Positions 63,801-64,000 of a stretch of DNA of 64,000 nt are shown piece after piece. This stretch comes from Candidatus Poribacteria bacterium (GTDB taxonomy: Bacteria; Poribacteria; WGA-4E; JAJDTR01): positions 303,154 to 367,153 of the forward strand of contig JAPPIK010000006.1 of the NCBI GenBank assembly GCA_028820655.1, given 5' to 3'. Within the stretch, counting starts at the first letter, position 1. Each line of letters begins with the position of its first letter. Made by a program: the position numbers and the translations under genes. The notes below the pieces were generated by a model. That model did no database searches. It was not told the DNA's origin and saw only the letters and a program-made list of their open reading frames with translations.

Positions 63801-63929
63801 TACAAGATAAGCGGCTGCCTCACGACCGGTGTTTTCCACCGTCAGACGCACCTGTTGGCGCAGCGTAGCACCGCTCTGAACAAAGAATATCGTCGGTTCG
63901 ACATTGAGAATACGCAAGTGGCTTGACAT
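60885..63929 (-). CDS. glycoside hydrolase family 38 (alpha-mannosidase-like)
   Basis: About 1010 aa. N-terminal catalytic-domain pattern YMVHFSHHDLGYSDMP...YLAEQAWSV..F.....E....M..YVKQGQIEIGALYGNQ. Size and domain order fit GH38. Start taken at MSSHLRIL (63929). Confidence 0.75.
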   Translation of the reverse strand: MSSHLRILNVEPTIFFVQSGATLRQQVRLTVENTGREAAAYLVLRSESVDESLTLGTIKSGVNECEVYVPDIRSPGQVSFSLRIDGTAQDEKTVDWEPQKHWEIYMVHFSHHDLGYSDMPANLFVEHTEFMDDVLRYCEETADWHEDSKFRYLAEQAWSVMQFVERRPKEMVERMVHYVKQGQIEIGALYGNQTQELCGHEEMIRLLYPSFRLKREYGIQITSAQHNDIPGFSWGMASTLAKAGVKYFLAALPFWYFHDVHPCWDEEAVLPIERPGAHRWEGPDGASVFYWHDPFDEDIWTPTSYRHALRELPGFLRGLEEKGYAYDMVYRPLVSGVRDNSPPTIRFAHIAREWNTHWAYPRLKTATPTQFFKRFEEKWGHTVKALRGDLPGTDYPVLATCTPRETALNRNTHDELLTAEKLATIAEITASDYEYPKAVIDEAYRETLNYDEHCWGMWSPGGPAQDGCWSNKSGFAYRAAALTHDLVVKAGNRIADEIALPDEGYTVTAFNSLSWERTDVVRAPLRIWQPHSSPMHIVPPSREDEGPKLVLGGAIGRGIVSLPAETIEKPFELVEIGTGKRAPYQIVRTTDPQATVPWAAEGVAVGGMTELVFLADDLPAMGYRSYQIAPCDEWPRYEESCTATADVMENRFFRLELDAEQGTIMTLLDKETGRDLIDSDAPHGFGRMIVRDCGTGKEELSRLLSASITESGPLFTTITLKAESSCCPRVTQEITLYHAVKRIDFNARILRDSTPTKEVFFAFPFRMDNPKFHFEATNAVIEPIRDQIPGSNTDSYAVQHWAEVSNGEWGIVWTAMDTPMAEFGGLWPGYVSSAHHHARGPNYGHEFLKPGELEKGHIYSLVSYNNFGTNFINVHPCEYLVRYSFSTHEGDWRGGEPRRFGWDAANPPLSIWMDGSGKGGALPSTASFCEVDAPNVMVLTFKKAEDDEGYILRLIETEGKDTTATVTLPYLALGQVFETNIVEENQRVMPSGSHSVGLTIEPFSVVTIRLMPRI

Positions 63930-64000
63930 TAATCTACCTCGTAGAATAAGCGCGTAGAAATGCAAAGAGATGTTGCAAGTAACGGCATTCTATCATAAGG

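Noticed and set aside
1-64000. tRNA, rRNA, tmRNA, RNase P RNA and riboswitches.
   Set aside because: I found no cloverleaf-like GTTCGAATC/T-loop contexts and no RNase P (GAGGAAAGTCC) or tmRNA tag signatures by eye. Absence is not proven without tRNAscan or cmsearch.

Overview
Bacterial chromosomal window with no rRNA or tRNA recognised. It is mid-GC by eye, with several lower-GC inserts (1-1300, 5100-5500, 7750-8470, 57000-58400). All calls come from reading the sequence and the ORF track; no searches were run. Left part: a housekeeping cluster in Bacillus-like synteny (long-form SRP RNA, dnaX, ybaB, recR, then mnmG and rsmG separated by an inserted low-GC gene). Next comes a co-directional partner-switching signalling operon (STAS, sensor kinase, REC-PP2C phosphatase, RsbW-like kinase, STAS). 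It ends in an AccD-like protein that keeps the zinc ribbon but has lost the carboxyltransferase glycine motifs. After that: a lipoprotein, an NHL propeller, two decayed ECF sigma genes, a 1.3-kb gene-poor stretch, heptose-pathway genes (HldA-type kinase, gmhB), a coiled-coil NYN protein, a TPR/NtrB-like kinase with an NtrC-like regulator whose GAFTGA loop is degenerate, a secreted ~48-aa-repeat protein, an M23 peptidase and glycerate kinase. Centre (32.7-51.5 kb, minus strand): the most unusual content. It is a ~17-kb head-to-tail array of seven paralogous signal-peptide-bearing WD40 double-propeller proteins, each ending in a T9SS/FlgD-Ig-like C-terminal domain. Two collapsed minigene remnants accompany the array. 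Right part: ino1, a small alpha/beta protein, a Wzx-like flippase, tsaB, a c-type cytochrome, a decayed IS1595 element, a tandem array of ~110-nt highly structured repeats (one extra copy at 33.4 kb), a HIT protein, a TIM-barrel protein and a GH38 mannosidase. Two further short repeat families (a 13-bp-stem hairpin and a GATCAAGCGAGTGAATAGCGA..GCGATAGAGATCCC element) are scattered through intergenic regions.
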